64,000 nucleotides of DNA from the NCBI GenBank assembly GCA_030141605.1, contig JAQGDQ010000006.1:496001-560000 (forward strand), read 5' to 3'. Position numbers and translations under genes: made by a program. The notes under the pieces were generated by a model. It searched no databases and was not told the DNA's origin. It saw only the letters and a program-made list of their open reading frames with translations. Shown here piece after piece: positions 53,387 through 64,000 of the stretch; the stretch's first letter is position 1, and the number at the start of each line of letters is the position of its first letter. The stretch comes from Tubiluchus corallicola. Taxonomy: Eukaryota; Animalia; Priapulida.

Positions 53387-56300
53387 CAGAGAAGGGTAGA
53401 GAAAAACTCCAGCTATGAGTGAAATGAGCCTGAGAGCATAGTGAGCAGCTCGCCAGGTTTTGCTGGTCATAACATTCACAAACCACATGGCCGGCTCAAC
53501 CACTAAGCAAACTAGGCAGTTGCCTAGGGTGCCAAGTTTTTGGGAGCGCCAAATTCTGGAAATGGTTCCTTAATTTTTAAGTTTCGTATAGTTAATAACA
53601 TAATGTATGTGTAATTGCTTAAGTGCACAACACTTTACTTAAAATAAATGAACTACTTGCATTATTTTCCTGTCAAAATATATAAATCATAGATGCTAAC
53701 ATGGAGCTCTCTTCTCTTAACAAAATACTTTCTACTTTTGCTTTACCTGGCTTCTCAAGATTACGGCATTTTACGCATATATGGGCACATTATCAAATTC
53801 TCGTTCATAATTTATATTGCATGCATACAACAACTCTATTAATGAAAAATTGCTTGCAATAGCATGTCTAATTATGACAGATAAACCTATAAGAATAAAA
53901 ACCTTCACAAGCATAATACAAGAAACGAAAGATAGCATGTTGACATACATTGAAGAGCAAAAAGAATCACCAACAAGACCAAAGTTATATGGCTCTGAAA
54001 ATGATGATACTAGTGAAATGAATGTTCGTGAAAAAGAGGAGTTAAAGCACAAGAAAATCCTCCACTTACATAAAGCTTAAAAAATTTGTGTCGAAATTTT
54101 ATACCACTTATATACTACATTTTCGTATGCATGGATTGCATCGGCCGTAACTATGTATAAAACGTGTAAATTTAAACTCCCGCGATGACCATTAGGCACA
54201 GCCATTTAATGGTAGGTTGTTTGAAACAAGTTTTGATAACATTAAGTAAAGTTTGAAAAAATAATCAGAGCATTCGTAGCATACATGTTGCTAATTAAGT
54301 AAAATTTTAAATTACTGTATCTTGTCAATAAGATTAAGAATATGTTTTTGGCTAGTGAGTGGCGCACCCTGGAGGGTAAGTCAGCGACATTTTACCAATT
54401 GGCACAAACATTTTAAATTATTAGTCTAGTTACATAAGACTTTCTAGCAGGTAAGTGAAATGCTAAGTAATATAGATTTGCACGGAAAGTCTTTTGGGTC
54501 ATAATTTAACATTGCCTTTCTCCTGATTTATGTGATGTAGTGACGTTATGTAATGACACCATCACAGTATTGCAGGAGATTTAAACTGAAAACAAACGAA
54601 AATTCCTTTCAACGAGAACACGATATGTGCATAAAATTGCTGTAAAGTAGTATGATTTTTTAAGGCAATTTTTCTGAAACCTACTTCAGGTGCCCCTTTT
54701 CTTGTCTTTTAAAACTCAGTCAGTGTTTCAAATATTTTCAGATGAAGTGAAAATCTAGCTAAAAGTATGTACATGAAGAGTGTGCAGCAGAGATTGTAGA
54801 AAATTTGTTTGCTCTTGAAGACCCCCATAGACCCAGGATGTACAGTGAGGTCAATTTCAAACATAGCTACAGATAGGTAATTAACTGCAGTTAATTAGGA
54901 CACTATAATACAAGGTTGTGTAAGCCTAACACACAAGTCCGTTATAGTTTATTATATGCAACAAAAACTCAATTTTGTAGGTGAGTTACACAGGGACTGT
55001 GTGGAAGGGGATAACCATTGAGCAGGGGGCTAAAAATACTTTGCCTAGGGCAACAAACTACCTAGAGCAGGCCATGACAAACTCTAAAAACTGCCTGACA
55101 AAACTACCACAATAATGTTAATACTAAAAATGTTTCAAAGGCAACAAAATTAATAAATTAGCAGTATAGTCAAAAGAATCAGTCCAAAATTTGACTGGCC
55201 AAAAAGATGCTTCAGGATATGTCTACCCATGTCATATCTTGCCTTCAGTACAATTGCACTATTTTGAAAAAGATAGAAGATGTTATCGCAACAAAAAGAA
55301 TACGAAAAAAGTTACATAGATACGTTGGCTTGGAACACAGACTTTGTAATAATTTTTCTTTTTACGATTTTATTGAAATTATCAGTATAAAACAGATCTA
55401 ATACAGTATAATTATGAATTCAAAATTACTGTTTAACATATTGGAAATGTGGTTTTAAAAATATTTTTGTGTTTACCTCAGGGCCAGTAATATGCAGTAA
55501 TCCACCCACTGCTGCAGCAATAACATCATATCCTGCTCTGTCACGATATGGGCCAGTATTACCATAACCTAAGAAATTTCAAAAATGCTAGTAAGTTATT
55601 TCTTGTATAGCAAAAGCTGAGAAAGAAGTTTGAAAATAGCACTAAATCAATTAGTAATTGATGGTATTATTAACATGACACAAAAAGCATGGTAGTAGAT
55701 AATACTAAAATTGTTAGAAACAAGAAAAAATATCATAATTATTCTTTAGGTGTTTTGTCTAGCTAATGCAAGCAAGAGTTTAAAACCAACTGATTAGCTA
55801 ACCAAACAATCAGTTTCTTTTCTAATGGCTGTAAATACAAAATCGCATGTGTACAACCAAGCCCACTGATCAATCTATCAAAACACCAGCCAAATGATTA
55901 ACTAGAAAACAAAGATGGTTGGTTGTAATTCTTCTGTAATATTGACAAATACAATTACCTATAAAAACAGTCAAACATTTATGTGTAATAGCTGTTACAG
56001 AAAATGGAAGACTTGTGCATTTGTGGCCAAGGTCATTTGTTAATTTTTTTAAATTTTTGTTTATAGAGTTTTTATTTATTTTATTGAAATGTTACACCAT
56101 TCCCCTGCTATTTTCTCAAAACAACTAATCTTATTTTGTCATTTATTTACAGTCATTTTAATGAGTTAAACACATGAAGTCATTAGAAAACTTCAGGCCA
56201 ATGATTTCAAAGATGATCAATCACAACCAACAGATACCTTTATTTTCGCTTACTAAACGGTGTCTTTCTCACTTCGACTGCAAATCAAATTATGAAAGAA

Positions 56301-59300
56301 AAGAAAATAAATATTTAAGACAAAATTTCCTAACAGTTCTTCACGTACCTGTGATAGAGCAGTAGATAAGCTGAGGAGCCATCTCACGTAAATGATTGTA
56401 ACTCAAACGCATTTCCTCTAATTTTCCTGGCACATAATTTTCCACTAAAACATCACTTTTTCTGGCCAGCTAAACAAATAAAACATGTACTTGTATCAGC
56501 TGTAAAATTACTAACAAAACAGACAACTGCTATGCAAAAAGTATTGTCCACAAAACAGCCCAATTGAACATTAAACTAATAGGCTGTAGAGAAAATAGTA
56601 GACGCATAAAAAGAAAAACCCAGCAACAGTTGCTAAATACGAAATCAAAACGGTAATATATTAAACTTTTGTAAACTGTGTTATAATCAAAAATTGCATC
56701 ATACTTACCCAGAAAAGAAACATCAGTAAATTCTTAAGCTAATTGCTGTGATTTGAACAGGCACTAGTATCAGAAACAAACTCAGTAGGTGACATCAGTG
56801 CATCACAAAAAAATTAATGTAAAAAAAAACAGGTGGTAATGTCTCGCATCACTGGGGCCTAACCTGTCAAGATAAAAAAATAGAAAACTAAGTATTAATG
56901 TACTTGCTGAATGCTTTCATACTTGTATTAATATTCTTCGTCCTTCTTTGCTTTTCAGGTCTATACCGACGCTCTGCAAAAAATAAAGAAAACAATTTAA
57001 GTTCATTCTTTAAAATAATAAAGAACAGTGCCATTATTAGATTTGAATGTTGCATGTAGTGAAGCATCTAATCAGTTAAATAAATTCATTAGCGAGACTA
57101 TAAACAACATGGCAATTTGACCAAAGTTCTTGAGGCAGTATATCCAATCTCCTTCAAACCAAAATCATTAACTTTAAAAAACAGAACTGATTGAAATACA
57201 TCGTTATATGACCTAATAATAAGGAGTCAAGGCTTCGATAACAATTAATCAATACCAAATCAATGTCAGGTTGACTACCCCAACTAATTATTCTGAAATG
57301 GTGTAATTAATGCTCGAATAAGCAATAAGCCAATCCCAAAACTGGTTACAGTGCAATTTAGAAAAAGATAGCCACTTGGCCATTAGCAAAATTGTACAAT
57401 GTTTACACAGTGTAAATGTAACTTTCCATTTCTTCATAAAGTTAATTAGGTCTACGAACAGAAAACAAGTGATTTAGCAATGTAGGTCAAAACCAATGTT
57501 AGTGATTATATAAAGCTTTTGCTGAATATACACAGTATTAAACTTTGTTTTTCCAGTGTTGCAGGAAAAGTGTTGGTACAGGTACCAGGTAAGCACTTTT
57601 TAAGTCAAATAAACTGATTATCAATTATTTGCTACAAGTGATGCAGGGTGGCAAGTAAAAGCATTAAAAGGTTGTAAAAATTTTTTATGTTTTAAAACTA
57701 ATGTTAAAAAGTTGTGTTATTAGTATTAGTAATTATAGAAAATGAGTTTTTGTGAGTTTTAGCAAGTTGCCAAGTTTGTCACTTTACTAAATTCTTATAA
57801 AAAGTAACAGTAGTTTTACTCTTGCAAAACTCTAAGTTTTACACTAAAAAGATAAAATATAAGTTTGTTTATTTTTACAGAAAATATGAAGCCAGCCTCA
57901 TACATTTTGCTTACAATCGGAGTCCTTGGACTTATTATTGTATGTTAACATATTCATATTTTTTCATATCTGTATTAGCTAAAAAAGCTAAAAATTAATA
58001 AATGAAATAATAATTAATAAGCCAAAAGCAAATGTATCATAGAGCTTAATTCTTTTAGAAAATTAAAACTTAAAAGTCTATACAGAGAAGACTCAAACGC
58101 TTTTGTTTGCAAGAATTAATTTTAACTAGCACAATTAGTATTAACTGGCATTGCTAATGACAATTTTACATGCAAAAATAGATACCTTAATTGTAACTCT
58201 AAAACTCTCTACATTCACCGGATGTTCTACGCTCAGCTAAAAACCTTTCTGTTTTACTACTATGTTAAATATGCACTTGACCAAGCAGCAGAAAAAATTC
58301 AAAATTCATCATACCAGCCATTTTAACAGCAGGCCTTATAACCTGCTAGTGTGGCTATTTATTGACTGGGCCTTCAGTCAAATTGGTCTGTTAGTAAAAA
58401 CACATAGCGTCATAAATACCCAAGATAACACAACAGCAAAATTGCTATTCAAATATAAAATCATTTGTAAAAGAATTCGTCTTGCACAGATAGCTTGATG
58501 TATAGAAAAAATGTAAACCATATTATCACTCAACAAATTTAGTGCAGTAATAAGAAAAACAACACCAAATTGACAAGAATAGTTTATTACCATTAAACAG
58601 GAACTTGATAATTGATTAAATCTTGAATTACTTTGACGTCAAACTTTCAAACTTGATTTGAAGTTGACAGTGACTACATGAACACTACTTAGGACACTAC
58701 TCAGATGTAGACAAATAAAACACATAATGACTTGACTCGGACTTGGATATAAGGACTTGAGACTTGACTCAGACATCAGTATAATAACTCGAGACTTGAC
58801 TCAGACTTGGACATAAGGACTCGACAGAACCGCTTTTAAGGTACAATTTTTCTTCAGAAACTGCTATTTCTGACCTATTCTGTGCGCGACATTTCAATAA
58901 AGCGAGCCACATTAAACCTATGATATGATTCCATAAACAGTCGAAAAATTATGAGAAATACAAGCACATATCTACCAAATCGACAACTCCACTCCACATA
59001 ACATATGAACAAGATCTCTAAGACAAGCTCGTAACATTCGAATTCTCTATCGCAATACAATTACATTTTTGACAGTCGTTCCCTCAGGGCCAGGCCAGGA
59101 TCGCTAAGTACACGTACCCAGCCAACATGTTAAAAAGGCTCTGTGACTCGCAACTTGACTCAGACTTGGACATAATGACTCGAGGCTTGATTTGGACGTG
59201 AATCTCAAGGACTTGGTACTCGACTTGTACTTGAACACAAAAACTTTACTACAACACTGGTTTTCATGCACCAACATAATAAAAAAATGTAACAAAGAAA

Positions 59301-62300
59301 ACAAATTAGGACTTGAACTACCAACTCTTAGAAAGGAAAATTTCTCAGTCTAACTATTGAAATGCGACTTAGGTAGCTTGCAATCACACTTACTTTGGTA
59401 ATGCCTACATTATTCAAGGTATTAAAAAATAATCTCTAAAGTGGCAAACATAAATAGAAATTCCAGAACTGAAATTAATCCACAAACTGATACTCATCAT
59501 CATCCTCAACTTAAAATTTTTGTTCATCTTCATTGAGGAAGTCTACGTATGCACCAAAATAAGTAGTGTTAAAATTTCCAGCAAATATAACTTAATAATA
59601 CTTATTAACAGGTGCGTAATTTAATATTTGCTTCACTGATTCACAAAAATAATTACTGTCAAGTAGATTTTGTGAATATGTGGATTTTGAAGAAACTTCA
59701 ACAAAAACTGCAAATTTAAAATTCACTTAAAATTGCCATACAGTTACGATCACAATCGGTTCTGGCAGATTGGTCATAAGGCAAATTTGAGGAAAGTCGG
59801 ACCCGTTCATGAAAGTGGTTCAGTCCTACACGTAAGACATTGTGTGTGTATGCGCACTAAGCATGGTGGTGCCTACAGATGAAATATCGAAACACATAGC
59901 AATTCACAATTAATTTGTTTAAAAAATTAGAAGGAAATATGAGTTATAGTTAGTTTCATATAATAAATTAGTCAAGTTGTGCTTTTGAGTTGTAAAGTCA
60001 AACAATTACAAGTTGCATAGGTCGTAAGTCTATGACTACCAGCAAAACGCACTACTCTAAATAAATATTGATAATTCATACTTTCATGCTTCTTAGGCTG
60101 TGGTATCTGGATCTCGTAGACACGGTGGTTATGGCGGCTACGGAGGAGGTTATGGCAAAGGATACAGAGGCCATCATGGAGGATATGGCGGTGGTTATGG
60201 TAAGGGATACGGTGGTGGATACGGAGGTCATAGTGGAGGCCATGGAGGATATGGGGGCTACGGAGGCTATGGTGGCGGATATGGGAGTGGACACGGTTAT
60301 GGATATGGGAACTATGGAGGCCATGGAGGTTATGGACGACATGGTGGGGGATATGGAGGCTATCATTAGAATGTAATCCTTTGCTAAGCAAAATGTGTTT
60401 AGTTATTTGAACTGAATGAAGATTAGATTCACGAATAGGTGAATAAGATGCAAATAAGATATAAACAGGAGAATTGCACAATGTTATACTACCCATTACA
60501 GCCAAAGTATGTCCAGTTTTTTGGTTGTTTTCCCGACTTAATATAAAAAATTATTGAAAAGCAGAAAAAATTACGCCTGAAGGTAATACCTTGTAAAGAA
60601 AAGCTTCTACAAATTTCTGAAGTTCTTAAATTATTGCTTCTTAAAACAAATGTGCTAATATTAAAAAACACACAAATAACTTATATGTTAACAGCATGAT
60701 CTTTCTCTGTGATAATTATTATATAAGGATATAATTACTCCTTAATTGCAATAATGGTTCACACATACTTATGATATCATGCTAAATATGTTCTAAAATT
60801 AAAATATATTTGTAAATGCACAATTTTAATGTGATATAGCTATGGATTTGAAACTCTTGATATAGAACCAAATAAAAATTGTATAAAATCAAATGACATA
60901 CACCTTTTTATTTCTGTTTACGCTCAGGAAGTAAGCACTTTCTGTGCCAATAAATGGAGGCCCCCAACGTCTAGTATCATCGCCCTCTCCTAACAATACA
61001 AAAAAAATAGTAACAGTTTTCACAGATTTAATAATGGAAATAAAATTATTTGAGAGTCACGCTTTAGCAATACAACATGTGGTTCGCAATACTAAAGTAG
61101 TGTCACCATTTTATTCTTACATCTTTACAACTTATAAAATGTTAAAAAATTGGGATCATGCACACTACAAAGTTAAAAGTAAAATATTCCGAAGTTGTGA
61201 GCATTTGTATTTCAATGTGCTTAAAAATAGTGTTTGGGAATCAACTGCTCAATAGCTTAAAACAAAGGGGCAATTAGTTTTACGAAAAGATTGGACAATC
61301 AAGGTACAATGTCCATTACACAGTTTACACGATGTTCACTTTGTAAGCTAAATCAATTTAAATAATTATTGCTAACAATAAGTTATGATGAAAGTGCTTT
61401 TCTGTAGGTTAACACTATGAAAATAGAAAAAATGGGAATGTTTTAGACTCAAGTCCAGATTGCATTTGTTTGTTATGAAATGCAAAAAAAGACAACAGCA
61501 GTGCCATTTGCAGTCAATCATACACTGTACAAGGGCTGAATTTACAGAGCTATATTAAGCATTCATTTCACAAAAGTCATAAGTGTCTATCTTCTTGTTT
61601 CAGGTAAAAAAAAATTTTATTGTTTGCTAGAACATGACTGAGAATATTGTCACTACATCCAAAGTCTGAAACTACACTAAAACTGTACCCTAAATAAATG
61701 CTGGACTAGGCCAAAATTAAGTATAAATCGGGACATTAGAATTTCGTTTATAAAACTAAGCATAAAATTTCTTGATTTCTCAATTACCTGGCTTTTCAAC
61801 TTTTATGACTTCTGCTCCCAAGTCACCTAGAATCATTGTGCAATATGGCCCAGCTAGTATTCTACAATAACAATCAAAATCACAATCATGAAATTATGAA
61901 TCAAAAAGGTCATAAAATAGCAGCAGTAGGCAGGTTTTGGATAGAGGCATATGTAAATTACATATATGACTAATTGTAAATAACAAATTATGTATTTTTA
62001 AAGAGATTTAGAACTTGCACATTTTGTAAATCACTGCTTTCAAAATATTTGTGAGAAAGGCTTATTTAAAAAAATTCTCAGGAATCTGAATAATAATTGC
62101 AATATCCAATAACAAGAAAGTTGAGGAAAAAGCAGTAATGACAAACATATAATCTGACAAGATTACATAGACAGAAACCAAAAACGCACCTCGTTAAATC
62201 TAATATGCGAATACCAGCCAATGGACTTCTAACGTCTTCTGTACCATGACGAATCTCTGAAGCTGAAATGAAAACAGGAAAAAAATTAAAAGCAGCACGA

Positions 62301-62332
62301 GTTGAAATCACAGATTTTGAAATACTGCACAT
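47235..62332 (-). CDS. SUGCT: Succinyl-CoA:glutarate CoA-transferase (CoA-transferase family III, CaiB/BaiF), ~430 aa, probably mitochondrial
   Basis: Exons (+ coordinates) 62190-62332 (start uncertain), 61788-61861, 60904-60989, 56923-56973, 56349-56469, 55477-55568, 52783-52926, 52433-52528, 50853-50924, 49382-49582, 48295-48358, 47235-47383, all GT-AG and in frame. Motifs [62 protein letters not shown], catalytic GYD and [15 protein letters not shown] on the - strand at 47143-47148. Confidence 0.93.
53262..53400. repeat. Polypurine compound microsatellite (GGGA)n(GA)n
   Basis: A run of GGGA repeats followed by over 20 GA units; it generates the low-complexity ORFs at 53208-53503. Confidence 0.95.
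53486..55076. mobile_element. Non-autonomous hAT-like element (~1.59 kb) in a SUGCT intron
   Basis: TIRs CATGGCCGGCTC and GAGCAGGCCATG (11/12). Subterminal TTGCCTAGGG at both ends. Flanks ACAAACCA and ACAAACTC (6/8 TSD). Confidence 0.75.
57493..57588 (+). promoter_or_regulatory. Core promoter and non-coding exon 1 of the nested Gly-rich gene
   Basis: CCAAT at 57493-57497, TATATAAA at 57507-57514, Inr-like ACAGT at 57532-57536, strong donor CAG|GTAAGC at 57588/57589, matching acceptor TTTTTACAG ending at 57880. Confidence 0.7.
57886..60369 (+). CDS. Secreted Gly/Tyr/His-rich (GGY-repeat) peptide, 108-aa precursor, nested antisense in a SUGCT intron; join(57886..57939, 60097..60369)
   Basis: One exon encodes [18 protein letters not shown]|gtatgt and the next, after cttag, encodes [23 protein letters not shown]...GGYH*. 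The phase-0 junction builds a classic signal peptide with likely cleavage after VSG. The mature 85 aa contain 48 Gly, 18 Tyr, 9 His and no acidic residues. Confidence 0.88.
58729..59260. repeat. ~32-bp GACTTGACTC-type tandem subrepeats (DNA-transposon subterminal array), interrupted by ~320 bp
   Basis: Three units like GACTTGACTCAGACTTGGACATAAGGACTCGA at 58729-58824, resuming at ~59145-59235 and ending in ACTACAACACTG (reverse complement CAGTGTTGTAGT, hAT-like end). Confidence 0.7.
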
Positions 62333-64000
62333 GCACAAGAAACAGATTGATAGCCTGTCCTGCGAAATCAATATTTTAAGAGTATGCCAGGACAGGACCA
62401 GGACAGGCCTATACTTGAAGTAGTGCATAATAAGACAGCAGCTTGGCTACCTTCAAGCACACCTTCCCTATGGCGCTTTTAGTATATTTACATCAATTTA
62501 CAATAACATATTTGCCATATCAAGTCCTCTCTAATGATAGAGAAATAATGAAGTCCTCTCTTTCAGTGAAATACCATCTCACGAAGAAAATATTTCACAG
62601 GCGTTCGAATATTTCACACCAGTGCAACACTTTTTCAATTTCTTAAAGGAAAACTGGACGATTGTGTAAACAGTAAACGAGTCCGCAAGGGAAGATGCCT
62701 GCCATTGCACAAACTGTGGTTAGTTTCTGATGTAAGCGATAGCTGTATTCGGGTTGCCATTGATTAACTTTCTAAGCTAATTATTCAAATATAAGAAACA
62801 ACTGCTGACTTTTATAGGCAAGAAAATATATTTTTGGACAGTAAATTAAAATGAGATTGAACCTAAACAATCATTCGGCTTCCTTTAAGTTTATACACTG
62901 TTGTGACTTCACTCACAGTTGACCGAGCATTGCTGATGTGTCTCTGACAGCAAACTGTTACTGAATGAATAATTTCATTGCTATTAGAACAGGTTTTTTC
63001 TTGTTCTACATGCTAGCTGCACAAAATATGCCCAGAAACGAGTGAAAATGAAACAATCTTTGAACTGCAAGGTCATTGTTGAGCAAATACCTAATACTAG
63101 AACATATATGCTGGAGATTTTTAATACTCTGTGTATTTCTGTTTATATTATTACATTTTTTGGACCTCATGTATTACTATTAAATGCAAAACATTATTTG
63201 CTAAGTGTTTAATCATGAAACCATTGCGGTCTATATTGGCTTTAGGCTCGCACTGTACATACACCATCAACTTAAAAGTCTAAAAATATTTTTAGAAGGG
63301 ACTGCTCACATGCTTATCTCTATTGGTAGGGCCAATGAGTTTAGCCTAAGGTAGCACACTAGACTATTTAGTTACAACACGAAAAAGTGCCAAGCAAAAA
63401 TTACTGAATAGACCTACACCTGTCAGGAAATGACACTTACAGTTATGAACTTATTCAATTTATATTAATACAACTCAAAAGTAAATTATGGTATTTTAAT
63501 AAAATTTAAATCCGAGAGTTGAAGTTAAACTCACGAGCAGCATGTTCTCAAGATCTCTTTAAAAAGTGGCGCATTAAATCTAGATCTTGTCACCCAAAAC
63601 CACAAAAACTGTACTAGAAAAGGTCGGGAATCTTACTGGTACTCCACTGTGGTATCTTCCCTGGTGCAGGCAACAGCACCCACACATTGAAGAGCTTATT
63701 GCACATTACAATCTTTACTTTTACACTCACCAATCACCTCTTGCTCAGATGCCTAATATTCATACTTTAGCTAACTTAACTACGTTTTCTTATTGTGTAT
63801 TCACACTGGGCTGGAGTGTTCAAGTTGAAATTGGAGTATTAGAACAAAGTCCTGCTAGTTGTACTGTAGGTCCATGTAGGTACAAAAACTTTGTCTTGTT
63901 TTAATTTTCATGCCTAAAGCTTCATATTAGACTAATATAAGTGTCAATCATGATCACATGAAGGCACCGAAAGACCTGGTACATATTTTGTTACGAATAC

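Noticed and set aside
53208-53503. Ser/Leu/Pro-rich ORFs on the - strand
   Set aside because: Translation of the (GA)n/(GGGA)n microsatellite.
53817-54080. 87-aa ORF inside the 1.59-kb hAT-like element
   Set aside because: No recognisable transposase motif; treated as internal sequence of a non-autonomous element.
58729-58824. Regular 32-bp repeats as a possible CRISPR array
   Set aside because: Eukaryotic intron, contiguous degenerate units without unique spacers, and no cas genes.
59972-60505. Overlapping ORFs 60068-60376 (+, Met/acidic-rich), 60076-60366 (-) and 59972-60505 (-, His-rich)
   Set aside because: Shadow frames of GGN/TAY/CAY codon repeats, which rarely create stops. Only the Gly frame joins the signal-peptide exon in phase.
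62753-62768. X-box (RFX)-like GTTGCCATTGATTAAC upstream of SUGCT
   Set aside because: Second half-site is imperfect, and no transcript or conservation evidence is available.

Overview
AT-rich, intron-rich animal (invertebrate, probably protostome) genomic DNA, not prokaryotic; most entries in the ORF track are spurious. Splicing by hand gives four conserved genes. RAD21 cohesin kleisin (- strand) runs off the window start. ALDH8A1 (+ strand, 10 coding exons, 484 aa) needs one GC-AG intron. A PRL/PTP4A prenylated phosphatase (+ strand) is 176 aa, and the CoA-transferase SUGCT (- strand) is about 430 aa. Two small coding units are missed or truncated by the ORF track because they are spliced. 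The first is a 31-38 codon upstream ORF (MCTNILFFGELGHTFSEFVKASGEYCQAQHI) split across the 5.8 kb first intron of the PRL leader, resembling the conserved Mg2+-sensing uORF of vertebrate PRL mRNAs. The second is a complete 3-exon, TATA-driven gene for a secreted Gly/Tyr/His-rich peptide, nested antisense in a SUGCT intron. Introns and spacers hold several hAT MITEs with 8-bp TSDs, a Tigger/pogo MITE, a Tigger transposase relic, decayed LINE 3' ends and microsatellites. All calls come from reading the sequence by eye; no database searches were run.
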